A stretch of 64,000 bases of DNA from the NCBI GenBank assembly GCA_043228905.1, contig JBHGNT010000016.1, positions 17,856,001 to 17,920,000 on the forward strand, read 5' to 3'. Made by a program: the position numbers and the translations under genes. Position 1 is the first letter of the stretch, and the number at the start of each line of letters is the position of its first letter. The DNA comes from Azolla caroliniana. Taxonomy: Eukaryota; Plantae; Polypodiophyta. Positions 61,983 to 64,000 of the stretch are shown here, piece by piece. Under the pieces are notes generated by a model that saw only the letters and a program-made list of their open reading frames with translations, did no database searches and was not told the origin of the DNA.

Positions 61983-63986
61983 CTCAGGTTTTGCGTATAA
62001 CTGATGCTCCCGTAATCGTTGCAGCACATTGGTGACATGTTGTTTATGTTCCTCAAAAGTCTTACTGAAAATTAACAAATCATCAATGTAAATTATCAAA
62101 AATTTATCCAAATAATCCCTAAAAATTTCATTTCCGAGCCTACAGAATGTTCCGGGTGCTCCTGTCAAACCGAAACTCATCACCAGCCATTCAAAACTGC
62201 CATATCTCGTCCTAAATGTTGTCTTCTCAATATCCTCCGTAGCTACGCGGATTTGATGATACCCTGATCTGAGATCTATGCGAGAGAAATAACGGGCTCC
62301 TTGTAGTTGATCCAAGAGGTCGGAAATCAAAGGTAATGGGTATTTATTTTTTATGGTGATTTTGTTGAGAGACCTGTAATCCATGCACATGCGCAATGTC
62401 CCATCCTTCTTTGCCACAAAAATGACGGGCGCACCGTAAGGTGATTGGCTTGGTCTGATGAACCCACATGCTTCTAATTCTTGTAATTGTTGTTTTAGCT
62501 CTGCTAATTGAGTAGCATTCATTCGGTAAGGAGCTTTTACAGGTGGTATGCTTCCGGGAATGGTTGGGATTTTATGATCGATTGACCTTTGTGGCGGAAG
62601 AGTTTTGGGTAGCTCCGCTGTTAAGACATCCTTGTATTGCTCTAATATTTCCTTCATATTTTCTACCCTTAGTTCTTCCTTCCTCACTGTTGTTGATGCT
62701 TGCAGGGCCGTGCAAAGAAAGAGTTGGCCGCCCTTCTTTAAGACTCGATTTGCCACCTTTCCCGTGCAAAGTTTTGCGGTCACGGTTGTCGCCTTTGCCT
62801 TTGCATTTCTCCTATGCATGTTTACAATGATGCCTCCCTTCCCATCTTCATTATCTAGTAACACCTTATCTACCTTTTTCCCGAATTGGTTGATGACGTA
62901 CTTATCCACCCATTCTAGCCCTAAGATCACCTCGCACCCATCCATGTCAACCGCTAGAAAAGGTGTTCGCCCCTTCCATTCTCCCGCTTCAATCAAGACA
63001 TTGGCTGCTAATGAACACTTATTAGTGTATCCCTGTACAAAACTCACAGAGAGGTTGGTTAAAGGTTGCAATTTTAATCCCCACTTCTTCGCGCATTCAG
63101 GTGTTATGAAGTTGTGTGTTGCACCGTTGTCTACCATTGCCTCACAACTATGCCCATTAATTTTTACGTTGAGAAAGAGATTACTTGTGTTATTGAGTTT
63201 GACTGTGAGACAGGTAGGCCAGGCGGTGGCGGCTCCTGCACGTACAGCGACTTCTTCATCTTCTTCCTCATATTGCGCTGCTATTGCTTGTATGTCTTGC
63301 TCGGAACCTTCCTCGAGCTCTGTTAACTCGAGTTGTGAGGTGGCTGCCCGCACCGTGAGTTGCTTCTTTTTTGGACAATTGGATGCCAAGTGAGGGCCTC
63401 CACACTCAAAACAGCCTCTTCTAATTAGTGGGGTTCGTTGTGTTGAAGTAGAAATGGGACTCCCCGGCTGTCCTCCTCCTCCCCCACTATTTGTCCAGCT
63501 CGATCTAATTGGATCCCCTCGTGTTGTTCCTCTTCCTATCGAACTAGTGGTAGTCGTCCACCCCCGATTGTTGGATGTACTTCCTAGATTGTTGTGGAAA
63601 GGTCGGGAGCTCCCTTCTATGTCTCCTATCCTCTCTGCCACCCTCATGGCTTCCTCACAAGTTTGAGGGTTCATCTTTTCTACCTCTATCCTGATCCGAG
63701 GCTTCAATCCAACTAGGAACCCGTGGAGTTTGATTATTTGATGAAGATGCGGCAGCTGCAATGTCACTTGGCGATACCTCTCAATGTACATGGTGAGTTG
63801 CCCTTCCCCTTGTCTCAACATCCTCCATTCATCCATGATGCGGAGATGTTCATTTTGTGGTATGAAATAATGACGCAATTCCCGCTTAAACTCTGTCCAA
63901 GGCGTGAACTCAAACACGCTTTCCCCCGACATGTACCAATTTTGTGCTGGTCCATCCAAAAAACACGCGGAGACCATCACCCACAA
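61983..63986 (-). CDS. Gypsy gag-protease-RT, N-terminal part (partial; interrupted at LYAKPE by the Copia)
   Basis: Open frame in the ORF track. The apparent extension to 61758 is antisense Copia LTR. Confidence 0.85.
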
Positions 63987-64000
63987 GTCGGGTTCTACTT

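Larger units (their letters stand above)
54290..64000 (-). mobile_element. Ty3/Gypsy chromovirus (Galadriel-like) interrupted by a Copia; 3' LTR 54290-54548; continues past the window end
   Basis: Gag, knuckle [13 protein letters not shown], protease, RT (YIDDLLIFS), RNase H, integrase, chromodomain RYFIKWRGKPLSEASW. PPT GCGGGAGAG precedes the LTR TGTTAC...TTACA. Confidence 0.92.

Overview
This is eukaryotic nuclear DNA, AT-rich and packed with transposons, almost certainly from a land plant. A non-seed lineage (bryophyte, lycophyte or fern) is inferred from the Tcn1-like and RTEX-like elements, not proven. Only one ordinary host gene is present: a 4-exon GDSL/SGNH esterase-lipase (22362-24815, minus strand, about 423 aa). 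The rest is nested mobile DNA. LTR elements: a GC-rich Ty3/Gypsy with a tRNA-Arg-like PBS, two Tcn1-like Gypsy copies, Copia remnants, and a Galadriel-like chromovirus split by a very young intact Copia (identical 241-bp LTRs, 5-bp TSD). Non-LTR elements: several L1 LINEs and two RTE/RTEX-like LINEs. DNA transposons: a 6.2-kb hAT element with an 8-bp TSD plus related MITEs. Repeats: a degenerate tRNA-Lys(TTT) array and complex TATG-rich blocks. The most notable observations are (1) a decayed, intron-containing gene at about 46971-50681 with P-element-superfamily transposase motifs but no THAP domain; (2) Tcn1-like elements with a self-priming PBS, a -1 frameshift cassette and an outward-facing tRNA-like A/B-box segment at the LTR start; (3) a young Copia with non-canonical TG...TA termini; (4) conserved 3'-terminal motifs or hairpins in the LINE families. 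All calls were made by eye without database searches.
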